From contig CAWIPK010000005.1 in assembly GCA_963837925.1 (NCBI GenBank), forward strand, positions 79,376-143,375: a stretch of 64,000 bases of DNA. The letters are read 5' to 3'. Below, one piece after another: positions 11,101-19,861 of this stretch. Every line of letters begins with the position of its first letter. The stretch's first letter is position 1. The notes under the pieces are model-generated. The model was not told the origin of the DNA and ran no database searches. It was given only the letters and a program-made list of their open reading frames with translations. Both the position numbers and the translations under genes were made by a program. Source of the stretch: an uncultured Chloroflexia bacterium. Its GTDB lineage: Bacteria > Chloroflexota > Anaerolineae > CG2-30-64-16.

Positions 11101-11643
11101 TTGACGGAGCCTGGGGCGCTGTACGGGCCGCGGGCGATCGCGGTGGGGCAGGACGGGTTGGTGTATGTGATGGACACGGGGAACAAGCGGGTGCAGTCGT
11201 TCAAGCCGGACGGGACGTTTGTCGGGCAGTACGGTGGGGGAGGGGTGGTGGACGGGAAGTTTGACGAGCCGGTGGGGCTGGCGCAGGATGCGAGCGGGGA
11301 CTGGTACGTGACGGACACGTGGAACCACCGGGTGGAGAAGTTTGATGCGAGTTGGAAGTATGTGGGGCAGTGGGCGGTGAACGGCTGGGGGAGCGAGAGC
11401 GTGGTGAACAAGCCGTACGTGGCGGTGGACGGGCAGCGCGGGTTGGTGTACCTGACGGACCCGGAGGGGTACCGGGTGTTGGTGTTCGGGACGGACGGGA
11501 GCTTCAAGGGGATGTGGGGTGGATTTGGGCAGGAAGCGGACACGTTCACGCTGCCGACGGGGATTGCGGTGGGGGCGGACGGCAAGGTTTACGTGGCCGA
11601 TGGCGGCGCCAACCGCATCATGATCTTCCCAGCCTGGCAGTAA
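8176..11643 (+). CDS. Tandem paralog of the previous gene: GT-C-like membrane domain fused to an identical C-terminal NHL beta-propeller.
   Basis: 1155-aa intact ORF that starts 3 nt after the previous stop. It shares near-identical blocks with the previous gene (8431-8825 vs 4966-5360; 9750-9899 vs 6270-6419; 10501-10596 vs 7021-7116) and the perfectly identical 3' block. Other segments are strongly diverged. Confidence 0.8.
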   Translation: MQDSQTTVTPRREAPVGQALLDRAFVALVHWDVEKLAWAALLVVALLSRTIGLGDRAMSHDESLHSYYSWKLFDGQGFQHQPLMHGPLKFIVNAFMYFIFGVNDWSARIQVALFGVLMVGLVWLLRPWLGRVGAFLAALMFTISPALLFHSRYIRDEVILCALLVLLVVAMFRYLATRQTKWLIWTAVALGLALTTMEASFIFGGIFGIFLLLALAVQWWQLDWPDGPGPRENFRRALVVGLPALVAGLIFLVFKEKLAGFVLLGAGGLALAAAVLLVATSWRLRLRAFAELDLVVLLLTLVLPFLSAVVLKLLGWQISQFTSPGSVTLANVWQGGIVLVVMFILSVSVGAYWLGGRWFAAAGLFWAIEVLLFTTLLTNGQGIATGLIGSLGYWIDQQEVMRGGQPWYYFFLLVPLYEFLPLLLAAGGAVAWFLGLGAGGQATRLAAERQNGNAGADGGGTVLPVMGAALAAEYPGPSNVVELRGAPPAVGPVESVLHTTPSQAGSSPASLFVAFLVFWVFAVWVVFTYVGEKMPWHVVYFATPMALLGGWWLGRVIEGIDWGVVRARGGFWLLGGVPVFLFVLKAIFPVPERRPFVGVSTTALSNTVQWLLALIVGVALVWLAYPRITSLGWRLSRRLIVVALAVVLAVFTVNVAFRFAFVDYDYATEPMVYAHATPDIKLAMGQIDEISRKIAGDHSLKVAYDDDSSWPLVWYLRDYKNQVFYGANPTKESLDAPVVIAGDKNIDKVRPYLGDRYYEFSYRLIWWPSQTYFGLTWQRIWDGIRDPKQRGQFWDVVLNRRYTTPTTQWSLVHRFSLFVRKDVAAQVWDWGVPSAAAAAAAVDPYAAGQKDVTALAQIGTAGVSGAGAGQLATPRALAVAGDGTVYVADTGNNRVEVFGADGQYLREWGGTCKLIENNQGCVGDGRGQFNEPWGIAVGSDGSVYVSDTWNSRVQKFDREGKFEAMWGVFQSTNGELTEPGALYGPRAIAVGQDGLVYVMDTGNKRVQSFKPDGTFVGQYGGGGVVDGKFDEPVGLAQDASGDWYVTDTWNHRVEKFDASWKYVGQWAVNGWGSESVVNKPYVAVDGQRGLVYLTDPEGYRVLVFGTDGSFKGMWGGFGQEADTFTLPTGIAVGADGKVYVADGGANRIMIFPAWQ
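10623..11634 (+). repeat. Second copy of the 1012-bp identical block (see 7149-8160).
   Basis: As for 7149-8160. Confidence 0.85.
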
Positions 11644-11686
11644 GTCCAGCGCGGGTAGCTCGCTGACTGATCGCCTTGTCCGGGGA

Positions 11687-11695
11687 TGATATAAT
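11687..11695 (+). promoter_or_regulatory. Extended -10 element (TGaTATAAT) upstream of sucC. No good -35 is present.
   Basis: Sequence gaTGaTATAATgcg sits ~80 nt upstream of the sucC start. Confidence 0.35.
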
Positions 11696-11774
11696 GCGCG
11701 TGTGTCACGGGTGATACGAAGACGTGTCACCCTTTCGTCGTCAGTGACGGGGTTTCTGGTAAGGAGGCATAGCC

Positions 11775-12914
11775 TTGAAACTGCAGGAATACCAGGCCAA
11801 GCAGATCTTCGGTCAGTACGGGGTGCCCGTCCCGCATGGGGATGTGGCCGATACTCCAGCCGGGGCGCGCGCGATCGCCGAGCGGTTGGGCGGGACGGTG
11901 GTGATCAAGTCACAGGTGTTGGTGGGCGGACGCGGCAAGGCCGGCGGCATCAAGCTGGCGAAATCGCCAGTCGAGGCCGAGCAGGTCGCGTCGCGCATCC
12001 TGGGGATGGACCTCAAAGGGTCGACCGTCAAGAAGGTGCTGGTGGATCCCGCGGCCGACATCCGCAAGGAGCTCTACCTGGGCATGGTCATCGACCGGGC
12101 ACGCCGGCGCACGGTTATGATGGCCTCCAGGGAGGGCGGAGTGGATATCGAAGAGGTCGCGGCGACCGCGCCTGAGAAGATCATCCAGGTCGCGATTGAC
12201 CCCTGCCTGGGCATGAAGGACTACCAGGCGCGTGATGCCGCGATGGGGATCGGCCTGCCGCGCGAGCAGTTGGCGGCCTTCTCGCAGATTTGCCAGGCTC
12301 TGTACAACTGCTTTGTCGGTAGCGATGCCAGCCTGGCCGAGATCAACCCCCTGGTCGTCCTCGGCGATGGCAAACTGCTGGCCGTCGATGGCAAAATGGT
12401 GCTCGACGACAACGCCCTCTTCCGCCACCCCGAGCTCGCGGCCTTGCGCGACGACGAAGAGGAGACGCCCGAAGAGCGCCAGGCGCGCGAGGGCGGTCTC
12501 AGCTACGTCAAGCTCGACGGACACATCGGCTGCATGGTCAATGGCGCAGGGCTCGCCATGGCGACGATGGACATCATCAAGTACTACGGCGGTTCGCCTG
12601 CTAACTTCCTCGATATCGGCGGCGGCGCCCGCGCCGATAAGGTGGCCACGGCGCTGCGCATCATCCTCTCCGATCCCAATGTTCACGCCGTGCTCTTCAA
12701 CATTTTCGGCGGCATCACTCGCTGCGATGAGGTGGCGCGCGGCATCGTCCAGTCCTTGCAGGAGGTGCCCACGAAGGTACCGATGGTGGTGCGGCTGGTC
12801 GGCACGAACGACGTCGAGGGCCGGGCTATCCTGCAAGACGCGCAGATGCAGACGGCCGAGACGCTGGCCGAGGCAGCCCAGAAGGCTGTCGCCGCGGCCA
12901 AGGTCCAGGGTTGA
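11775..12914 (+). CDS. sucC: Succinyl-CoA synthetase (ADP-forming) beta subunit.
   Basis: TTG start 7 nt after AAGGAGG. N-terminus [20 protein letters not shown]...[21 protein letters not shown] matches the SucC ATP-grasp N-terminus. 379 aa. Confidence 0.95.
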   Translation: MKLQEYQAKQIFGQYGVPVPHGDVADTPAGARAIAERLGGTVVIKSQVLVGGRGKAGGIKLAKSPVEAEQVASRILGMDLKGSTVKKVLVDPAADIRKELYLGMVIDRARRRTVMMASREGGVDIEEVAATAPEKIIQVAIDPCLGMKDYQARDAAMGIGLPREQLAAFSQICQALYNCFVGSDASLAEINPLVVLGDGKLLAVDGKMVLDDNALFRHPELAALRDDEEETPEERQAREGGLSYVKLDGHIGCMVNGAGLAMATMDIIKYYGGSPANFLDIGGGARADKVATALRIILSDPNVHAVLFNIFGGITRCDEVARGIVQSLQEVPTKVPMVVRLVGTNDVEGRAILQDAQMQTAETLAEAAQKAVAAAKVQG

Positions 12915-12998
12915 CCGCGTCGGGAAGGGCCAGACGTCGTCCGCCCTCCTTATCAGGGCCAATCTGCGGCACCCGCCTACGTAAATGAAGAGGACAAC

Positions 12999-13868
12999 AT
13001 GAGCATCCTGGTCGACAAAGACACTCGCCTGCTGGTGCAGGGGATCACCGGTCGAGAAGGCGCCTTCCATACTGAGCAGATGATCGCCTATGGCACCAAG
13101 GTCGTGGCCGGCGTGACCCCGGGGAAAGGCGGCAGTTGGGGGGTCGGCAACGTGCCGATCTTCGACACCGTCCGCGAGGCCGTCGACGCCACCGGCGCCA
13201 ACGTCAGCATCATCTACGTGCCCGCCCGCGGCGCGCCCGATGCCATTCTTGAATCGGCCGACGCCGGGCTTGGCCTGGTCGTCTGTATCACCGAGGGGAT
13301 CCCGACCCTGGACATGATCAAGGTGCGGGCCTACCTCGACAACAGCCGTACCCGCTTGATCGGCCCCAACTGTCCCGGCCTTATCACGCCCGGCGAGGCT
13401 AAGGTGGGAATCATGCCCGGCCACATTCACACGCGTGGCCCGGTCGGTGTGGTCAGCCGCTCGGGCACGCTGACTTACGAAGTGGTCTATGCCTTGACCC
13501 TGCGCGGAATCGGCCAATCGACCGCGGTGGGCATCGGCGGCGACCCGATCATCGGCTCGACTTTTGTCGATATCCTGCAGCTCTTCGAGAACGATGCCGA
13601 CACCGAACAGGTCGTCATGATCGGCGAGATCGGCGGCGAGGGTGAGGAACGCGCTGCCGAGTTCATAAGCGAGCACATGACCAAGCCCGTCACCGGGTTC
13701 ATTGCCGGACAGACGGCTCCGCCCGGGAAGCGCATGGGTCACGCCGGGGCCATCATCAGTGGTGGCAAGGGCACCGCGGCCGACAAGATCGCCGCGCTGC
13801 GGGCGGTCGGCGTGCGCATCGCCAGCCACCCCGGCGAGATCGCCGAGACGGTCGCCGAGCTGGCGTAG
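12999..13868 (+). CDS. sucD: Succinyl-CoA synthetase alpha subunit.
   Basis: [45 protein letters not shown] ... SRSGTLTYE ... MGHAGAII is near-colinear with E. coli SucD. 289 aa. RBS GAAGAGGA. Confidence 0.95.
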   Translation: MSILVDKDTRLLVQGITGREGAFHTEQMIAYGTKVVAGVTPGKGGSWGVGNVPIFDTVREAVDATGANVSIIYVPARGAPDAILESADAGLGLVVCITEGIPTLDMIKVRAYLDNSRTRLIGPNCPGLITPGEAKVGIMPGHIHTRGPVGVVSRSGTLTYEVVYALTLRGIGQSTAVGIGGDPIIGSTFVDILQLFENDADTEQVVMIGEIGGEGEERAAEFISEHMTKPVTGFIAGQTAPPGKRMGHAGAIISGGKGTAADKIAALRAVGVRIASHPGEIAETVAELA

Positions 13869-13960
13869 CCGAGGGTGCCCGGCCCTCGCATCTGCCCATC
13901 CCGTGCACCGGCGAGCCGGGCCACAGGTGCGCGGGACGGCCTTCCCGCAAAGGCCACGGC

Positions 13961-15577
13961 ATGCTGACTTTCCCCGACTCAACCATCGCGCGCGTGCTGA
14001 CCCATATCCGCCAGCGGGGCGACCCCGCCTGGCTGGTTGGCGGGACCGTGCGCGACTACTTCCTTGGCCGGGCTACGCATGACCTGGACATTATCGTTCC
14101 CGAGGGCGGCATCCGCTTGGCGCGCTCGGTCGCCGGAGCGTTCGGGGGTGGGTTTTTTGTGCTCGACAAGGTGCGTGACGTGGGTCGGGCCGTCCTGCGT
14201 GGCGATGAGGGCCGGCCGCTCTTCGTGGATGTCGCGCGCCAGCGCGCGCCCGATCTGCTCGCCGATCTTGCCCAGCGCGATTTTACGGTCAATGCCATCG
14301 CCGTGCCCCTGTGGGCCGGCGCCGCTGAGCCTGGGGCGGAGCCGACGGTCGTCGATCCGTTCGACGGGCGCGGTGACGTCGTTCGCCGCTCGCTCCGCGC
14401 CGTTGGGGACACGGCGTTCGTCGACGATCCGCTGCGCATGTTGCGGGCTGTCCGCCTGGCCGCCGAGCTCGGCTTCAGTATTGAATCTTCCACCGCGGAC
14501 ATGGTGCGGGGCGATGCTCATCTGCTGCCGGCTGTCGCCAGCGAGCGCATCCGGGACGAGTTGATGCGCATCGTCACCGTCTCGGGCGCCTGGCGCCATC
14601 TGCGCTGCCTGTCGGCTCTCGGTCTACTGCCGTTCGCCCTGCCCGAGGTCGCCGCTTTGGTGGGCATCGAACAGTCGCTGCCGCACTACCTCGACGTCTT
14701 CGATCACACTCGAGCCGTCGTCGCGCACCTGGAAGGCCTGATTGCCTTCTTGTGGCCCGCAAGCCAGTACTCTCGCCCCCAAGCTATCGCCGGCGACCCG
14801 GTGATCATCGCCGCCGCGGCGCGTTGGGATGAGCTGGCCGCGCTGCTCGAGCCCTACCTCGCCCCCCTGCGCTCGCATCTGGCCCGGCCCCTGGCCGGGG
14901 GGCACTCGCGGCGCGACTGGCTCTTCTGGGCCACGCTCGCGCACGACTGGGGCAAGGCCTTGACTGCCAGCACCGGCCCCGACGGCCGGATGCACTTCTA
15001 CGGACATGAACACGAGAGCGCGCGCCTGGCGGCCCTGCGGGCCAGGGACCTGAGTGCCGCGTCCAGCGAGGTCGATTACCTGAGCCGCATGGTGGACTAT
15101 CACATGCGGCCCGGTCACCTGGCGGGCCGTTACCCGCCTACCCGGCGCGCCTTGTATCATCTGTTCCGCGACGCCGGCGACCTCAGTCCAGATGTCGCCC
15201 TGCTGGCCCTCGCCGATCAACTGGCGACCCATGCGGCCGAGAGCCGGCCGGGCGCAGCCGATGGGCAAGGCGAAGCGGGGATCCTCGAGGGCTGGAACTG
15301 GGCGGATCAGCTCGGCGTGGCCGGCCTGATCCTGGGCAATTACTTCTCGATCGGCGGCCCGCCGGACGGCGAGAGGGTGCTGGCGAACCCGCGCCCGCTG
15401 CTGAATGGCCGGCAGATCATGGCTGAGTTTGGCCTCAACCCCGGCCCCTTGATCGGCCGCCTGATCGCGGCCCTGCGCGAGGCCCAGGCGATCGGCGAGG
15501 TCACGACGGCTGAGGAGGCCTGCCTTTGGATCCGGGCCCAACTGAGTGAGCTTGACGCCGGCCCGGTCGATGAGTAA
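13961..15577 (+). CDS. cca: tRNA nucleotidyltransferase (CCA-adding) / poly(A) polymerase family enzyme with C-terminal HD domain.
   Basis: N-terminal Pol-beta-type NTase head (LVGGTVRDYFLGRATHDLDIIV ... RDFTVNAIA). Downstream HD region (FDHTRAVVAHLE...). 538 aa. Confidence 0.8.
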   Translation: MLTFPDSTIARVLTHIRQRGDPAWLVGGTVRDYFLGRATHDLDIIVPEGGIRLARSVAGAFGGGFFVLDKVRDVGRAVLRGDEGRPLFVDVARQRAPDLLADLAQRDFTVNAIAVPLWAGAAEPGAEPTVVDPFDGRGDVVRRSLRAVGDTAFVDDPLRMLRAVRLAAELGFSIESSTADMVRGDAHLLPAVASERIRDELMRIVTVSGAWRHLRCLSALGLLPFALPEVAALVGIEQSLPHYLDVFDHTRAVVAHLEGLIAFLWPASQYSRPQAIAGDPVIIAAAARWDELAALLEPYLAPLRSHLARPLAGGHSRRDWLFWATLAHDWGKALTASTGPDGRMHFYGHEHESARLAALRARDLSAASSEVDYLSRMVDYHMRPGHLAGRYPPTRRALYHLFRDAGDLSPDVALLALADQLATHAAESRPGAADGQGEAGILEGWNWADQLGVAGLILGNYFSIGGPPDGERVLANPRPLLNGRQIMAEFGLNPGPLIGRLIAALREAQAIGEVTTAEEACLWIRAQLSELDAGPVDE

Positions 15578-15592
15578 AACGCGAAATTCGTT

Positions 15593-15621
15593 TTGACACA
15601 ATCCCGCACCAAAGGTATAAT
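15593..15621 (+). promoter_or_regulatory. Consensus sigma70 promoter for secDF: TTGACA (15593-15598), 17-nt spacer, TATAAT (15616-15621).
   Basis: Sequence ttTTGACAcaatcccgcaccaaaggTATAATcc. The leader is ~90 nt to the secD ATG. Confidence 0.6.
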
Positions 15622-15716
15622 CCGCCTGTTTGCCAGCGCGCGTAACCTGATATAGCAGGCCGCGCGCTGACTTTGATGGGACGCCATTTCGGTATTCTGA
15701 GGGGGGAGACGGAAGC

Positions 15717-17111
15717 ATGCGCGATCGCGACATAGTCATTCTGATCCTGGTCATCGCGCTCGCTTTGCTCGCGGTGTGGATTGACCTGCCGATAGACCAT
15801 CCGCAATGGGCCAAGCAAGCGTTGTTCTGGCAGCAGCCTGCCGAGTTCCGTGATCTTCAGATCAAGGAAGGGCTTGATCTGCAGGGCGGCACGCAGATAT
15901 TGCTTCAAGCAGCCCCTGCGGCGGGTCAGACGGTGACGGCGGACGACATGGCGGCAGCCAAAGCGATCGTCGAGCGCCGCGTCAACGGTCTGGGCGTGAC
16001 CGAGCCCACTATCCAGTCGCAGGGTAACAACCGCATCATCGTCGAACTGCCCGGCATCAGCAATCCTGACGCGGCCGTCCAAACCCTGAAGAGCACCGGC
16101 CAGTTGGAGTTCGTCGAGATCGGCCCCGCGGATCCCAAGATCGCCGATGGCGTCTACTTGCGCACGACCAACAGCCCGGCTCCGCCCAACCAGACCACCC
16201 AGGCCAACGTATCCGATCCCTACCCGGACAAGGTCTACAAGACGATCATGACCGGCCGCGATCTGGCGCAGGTCGGTACTACCACCGACTCATCCGGCGC
16301 TCCGGCGATCAGCTTCCAGCTTTCGGCCGCGGGTTCCGAGACTTTTGCGACCTACACCTCGCAGAATGTCGGTAACGTGCTGGCCATCGTTCTGGACAAC
16401 ATCGTCCTCTCGGCCCCAAGAATCGAGACGGCCATCACCCAGGGTAGCGGCATCATCCAGGGCAAGTTCACGCTCTCCGAGGCCCAGAGCCTGGCCATCC
16501 AGATGCGCTACGGCGCGCTCCCTGTGCCTCTGGAGGTGGTCGATCGCCGCACCGTGGGGGCGACCCTTGGCGCCGATTCGGTGCGCAAGAGCATCACCGC
16601 CGGGCTGATCGGGCTGGTAGCCGTGTTGCTCTTCATCATCATCCAGTACCGTCTGCCGGGTGTTTTCGCGGCCATCGCGCTGATCATCTATGCTCTCCTG
16701 AACCTGATGATCTATAAGTTGGTCCCGGTGACGTTGACATTACCCGGTATCGCCGGTTTCCTGTTATCAATTGGCATGGCCGTGGATGCCAACATTCTCA
16801 TCTTCGAGCGCATGAAGGAAGAACTGCGTTGGGGCCGCTCCGTGCACGCGGCCTTCCTCGCCGGCTTCAGCCGCGCCTGGCCGTCGATCCGTGACTCGAA
16901 CCTCTCGACAATCATAAGCTGCATCATCCTGATCTGGTTCGGCAGCAGCTTTGGAGCGCAGTCCGTGATGGGGTTCGCACTCAACCTGGCGCTCGGTGTC
17001 ATCATCAGCATGTTCACTGCCGTCGTGGTCACCCGCACGTTCATGACCTTCTTGTTCGAGACGCGCGGCAGCGAGCAGTTGCGCGAGAGCCGCTGGCTGC
17101 TGGACTACTAG
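15717..17111 (+). CDS. secD: Protein translocase subunit SecD.
   Basis: N-terminal TM helix followed by the periplasmic domain (LDLQGGTQILLQA ... VERRVNGLGVTEPTIQSQGNNRIIVELPG). The C-terminal part carries 5 more TM helices. 464 aa. Confidence 0.9.
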   Translation: MRDRDIVILILVIALALLAVWIDLPIDHPQWAKQALFWQQPAEFRDLQIKEGLDLQGGTQILLQAAPAAGQTVTADDMAAAKAIVERRVNGLGVTEPTIQSQGNNRIIVELPGISNPDAAVQTLKSTGQLEFVEIGPADPKIADGVYLRTTNSPAPPNQTTQANVSDPYPDKVYKTIMTGRDLAQVGTTTDSSGAPAISFQLSAAGSETFATYTSQNVGNVLAIVLDNIVLSAPRIETAITQGSGIIQGKFTLSEAQSLAIQMRYGALPVPLEVVDRRTVGATLGADSVRKSITAGLIGLVAVLLFIIIQYRLPGVFAAIALIIYALLNLMIYKLVPVTLTLPGIAGFLLSIGMAVDANILIFERMKEELRWGRSVHAAFLAGFSRAWPSIRDSNLSTIISCIILIWFGSSFGAQSVMGFALNLALGVIISMFTAVVVTRTFMTFLFETRGSEQLRESRWLLDY

Positions 17112-17130
17112 AGGGGGTACGGGTAAGAGC

Positions 17131-18081
17131 ATGTTCCATATTGTAGAAAACCGCAGGTGGTATTTTCTGCTGTCTGTCCTGGTCATCGCCCCGGGTTTGA
17201 TCGCAATGATCTATTCGCTGGCGACGTTCGGCGCACCGTTCCGCCTCGGTATCGACTTCACCGGCGGCTCCTTGTGGGAAGTGAGCTTCCCGCAGCCGAT
17301 CCAGTCCCTGGATGTGCGCGCCGTCTTCGCGGACAATGGCTATCCCGATGCCCTGGTGACCACCGTCGGCGACGCCAAGACGGCGGAGATCCGCACTAAG
17401 GCGCTGGACGAGAGCGCACGGCAGACCTTGCTCAAGGCCATGGAGAGCAAGTTCGGCGCGGTCACCGAGGTCCAGTTCTCCTCTGTCGGCCCCACCATCG
17501 GCGCCGAAGTGACCCAGGCTGCCTCTTTGGCTGTGGTTGCCATGGCCTTGGTGATCCTGGTCTTCCTGATCCTGGCTTTCCGTCGGGCGGCGAACTCATT
17601 TCGTTGGGGCGTCTCGGCGGTCGTGGCCATGCTCCATGACCTGTTGGTAACGATGGGCATCTTCAGCATCCTCAGCCTCTTGCTTGGCTGGGAGGCCGAC
17701 GCCCTGTTCCTGACTGCCGTCCTGACGGTGCTCGGCTTCTCGGTGCAGGACACGATCGTGGTCTTCGACCGCATTCGCGAGAACGTCCCGAAGTATCGTG
17801 GCGAGCCGTTGCGGCGCATCGTCGATCGCAGCCTGCTCGAGACCCTCCACCGATCGTTGGCGATCCACTTGACGGCCCTGTTCGTCATGGCGGCCATTCT
17901 CATCTTCGGTGGCGAGACGATCAAGCCGTTCATCGCCGTGATGCTGATCGGTATCACCACGGGCACCTACTCGTCCATCTTCAACGCGTCGCAGATTCTC
18001 GTTGGCTGGGACGAAGGGGACGTCTTGGGTTTGCACACTCATGGACAGATTGAGGCTCCGAAGCCCAGTTTGGCCTCATAG
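17131..18081 (+). CDS. secF: Protein translocase subunit SecF.
   Basis: Starts 19 nt after secD. Sequence FRLGIDFTGGSLWEV ... DTIVVFDRIREN ... is the SecF family. 316 aa. Confidence 0.9.
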   Translation: MFHIVENRRWYFLLSVLVIAPGLIAMIYSLATFGAPFRLGIDFTGGSLWEVSFPQPIQSLDVRAVFADNGYPDALVTTVGDAKTAEIRTKALDESARQTLLKAMESKFGAVTEVQFSSVGPTIGAEVTQAASLAVVAMALVILVFLILAFRRAANSFRWGVSAVVAMLHDLLVTMGIFSILSLLLGWEADALFLTAVLTVLGFSVQDTIVVFDRIRENVPKYRGEPLRRIVDRSLLETLHRSLAIHLTALFVMAAILIFGGETIKPFIAVMLIGITTGTYSSIFNASQILVGWDEGDVLGLHTHGQIEAPKPSLAS

Positions 18082-18106
18082 TCAGACGACACCGAAAAGT
18101 CTCAGG

Positions 18107-18147
18107 CGTAAGGCGCACGTAGTATCTGCGCCTTACGTTTTTCGTTT
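18107..18147 (+). terminator. Intrinsic terminator after secF.
   Basis: 11-bp stem (cgtaaggcgca / tgcgccttacg) with a 9-nt loop, followed by tttttcgttt. Confidence 0.8.
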
Positions 18148-18175
18148 ACTCTTTAGAAGAACCGGCTGAGGTCGA

Positions 18176-19215
18176 ATGCGCGCACTGGTTCTCGACGACG
18201 GCAATCACGTCCTCTATGACCCGGCTTACCCTGACCCGCTCCCGCCGCCCGGTGAGGCGCTGATAAAGGTACGTCTGGCCGGTATCTGCAACACCGACCT
18301 CGAGCTGGTGGCCGGCTATATGGATTTCGCCGGTGTGTTGGGACACGAGTTTGTGGGTGAAGTTCTGAGCTCGCCGGACCCGACCTGGCTCGGTCGGCGG
18401 GTGGTGGGCGACATCAATGCCGCCTGCTACCGCTGCTCAACCTGCCGCGCCGGACGGCACACGCACTGTCCGCAGCGCACGACCCTGGGCATCTCTGGCC
18501 GCGACGGCGCTTTTGCCGACCGGCTGCTTCTGCCCCAGGCCAATCTCTACGCCGTTCCGGACTCCGTTCCGGATGAGGCGGCGGTTTTCGTCGAGCCGTT
18601 GGCCGCCGCTTGCGAGATCCTGAACCAGGTGAGGCTTCGCCCGGCTGATCGGGTCGTGGTGCTCGGCGATGGCAAGCTGGGGCTCCTGGCGGCAGCCGTC
18701 CTTCGGCTGCAGGGCGTCGACCTGACCCTCGTCGGCCGGCATGCCCACAAGCTGGCCCTGGCGGCCGCCTGGGGCGTGCGCGTCTGCCTGCACTCGAGAG
18801 GCAGGGCCGGGGAAGGCCCCCTCGGCCAGCCCTGCCGGGGCGGACGAGGCTGCTGCCGGGCACGCCGCACACCCTGCCCGACGGCTGCGCCGACATAGTG
18901 GTCGAGTGTACCGGCAAGGCAGAAGGCTTCGCCGAGGCCCGCCGGTTGCTGCGGCCGCAGGGCACTCTGGTCTTGAAGAGCACCTACCACGGCCGCCTGA
19001 CCCTGGATATGAGCGCCCTGGTCGTCGACGAGATTACGATCGTCGGCTCACGCTGCGGGCCGTTTGCCCCGGCTTTGCGCCTGCTCCAGTCTGGACTGAT
19101 TGATCCGCGCCCTTTGATCAGCGCGATCTACCCCCTTGCGTTGGGCGAGGCAGCTCTTGCCCATGCCGTTCAGCCCGGAGTGCTCAAGGTGCTGCTCGAT
19201 CCACGAGCTGTGTGA
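18176..19215 (+). CDS. Zn-dependent alcohol dehydrogenase (MDR superfamily). Reading frame is broken between ~18785 and ~18890.
   Basis: ORF 18176..18898 gives the GroES-like and Rossmann parts (GEALIKVRLAGICNTDLELVAGY...GHEFVGEV ... [16 protein letters not shown]). ORF 18898..19215, in another frame, gives the C-terminus. The upstream in-frame extension of that second frame reads ...HTLPDGCADIVVECTGK. The middle runs through GC homopolymer tracts (ggccggggaaggccccctcgg). Confidence 0.7.
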
Positions 19216-19248
19216 CCTTTGGCAATCCGCTCCATGTAGGCATCTGAT

Positions 19249-19782
19249 ATGAGGATAAAAGTGGCTAATCCACAGTCTGTCTGTCGTGGCGCGCGGGGTT
19301 CAACGCCGGCTCTTCTCGCCCTGGCACTGCTGCTCGCCGGTTGTGTGCCCTATGTCGCCATTCCTCGCCTGGCTGCACCCGTCGGAGTGCCCCCGTCAAC
19401 CGTGGAGCCTCGGCAGCATGCCCTCAGCATCCTGAGCGTTGACTTTGATCCCCCGCTCGACGGGCGCGTGCCCGGCATGGGCGGCGTTATGCTGCTGGTC
19501 TCCGTGCGTAACGAGGGACTATCGGATGAGGAAGGCGTCGCCGTCACCGCCCGCCTGCTCGACCCGACCCTGCCGGATGGCCAGAACGAACTCTATCGCG
19601 ATACGGTGGTCGCCGGTTCGCTGCGCCCTGGCGAGCTGCGCGTCGTGCGCTTTGCACCGGTCAGCGGCGTGCCGGCAGTGCTCGGGCAGTATCAACTGGC
19701 AGTTGAGATCGCACCGGGTCCGAATCACCTCTACGCCGGAGACACGCGCAGCTACGACATCGTCATGCGTCAAGGCGATTGA
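19249..19782 (+). CDS. Putative lipoprotein with a CARDB-like beta-sandwich region.
   Basis: Signal peptide with lipobox-like LLLAGC. 177 aa. The start could be GTG at 19261 (MRIK vs VANP), which has a better RBS (GAGGA). Confidence 0.5.
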   Translation: MRIKVANPQSVCRGARGSTPALLALALLLAGCVPYVAIPRLAAPVGVPPSTVEPRQHALSILSVDFDPPLDGRVPGMGGVMLLVSVRNEGLSDEEGVAVTARLLDPTLPDGQNELYRDTVVAGSLRPGELRVVRFAPVSGVPAVLGQYQLAVEIAPGPNHLYAGDTRSYDIVMRQGD

Positions 19783-19804
19783 CCTCTTCAGGTTTCGCAA
19801 ACGC

Positions 19805-19843
19805 AAGAGGGGCTCTGGTTCGCCAGTGCCCCTCTTTTCTGTA
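19805..19843 (+). terminator. Intrinsic terminator shared by the lipoprotein gene (+) and the convergent FmdB gene (-).
   Basis: Stem aagaggggc / gcccctctt with a 14-nt loop, followed by ttctgtatgtgtgg. Confidence 0.65.
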
Positions 19844-19861
19844 TGTGTGGTATACTATTTC

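Noticed and set aside
11675-11681. TTGTCC as the -35 for the sucC promoter
   Set aside because: The spacer to the TATAAT at 11690 would be only 8 nt. The TGaTATAAT extended -10 was kept instead, at low confidence.
8380-11730. 1116-aa ORF on the minus strand spanning the whole second GT-C/NHL gene
   Set aside because: It is antisense to a gene with strong domain evidence. Its translation is Arg/Pro/His-rich low-complexity with no recognisable domain. Long antisense ORFs are expected here because the sense strand uses G/C-ending codons almost exclusively.
11702-12175. 157-aa + strand ORF overlapping the sucC start in another frame
   Set aside because: It overlaps the well-supported sucC N-terminus (TTG start with AAGGAGG RBS). 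Its product is Arg/Gly-rich with no similarity.
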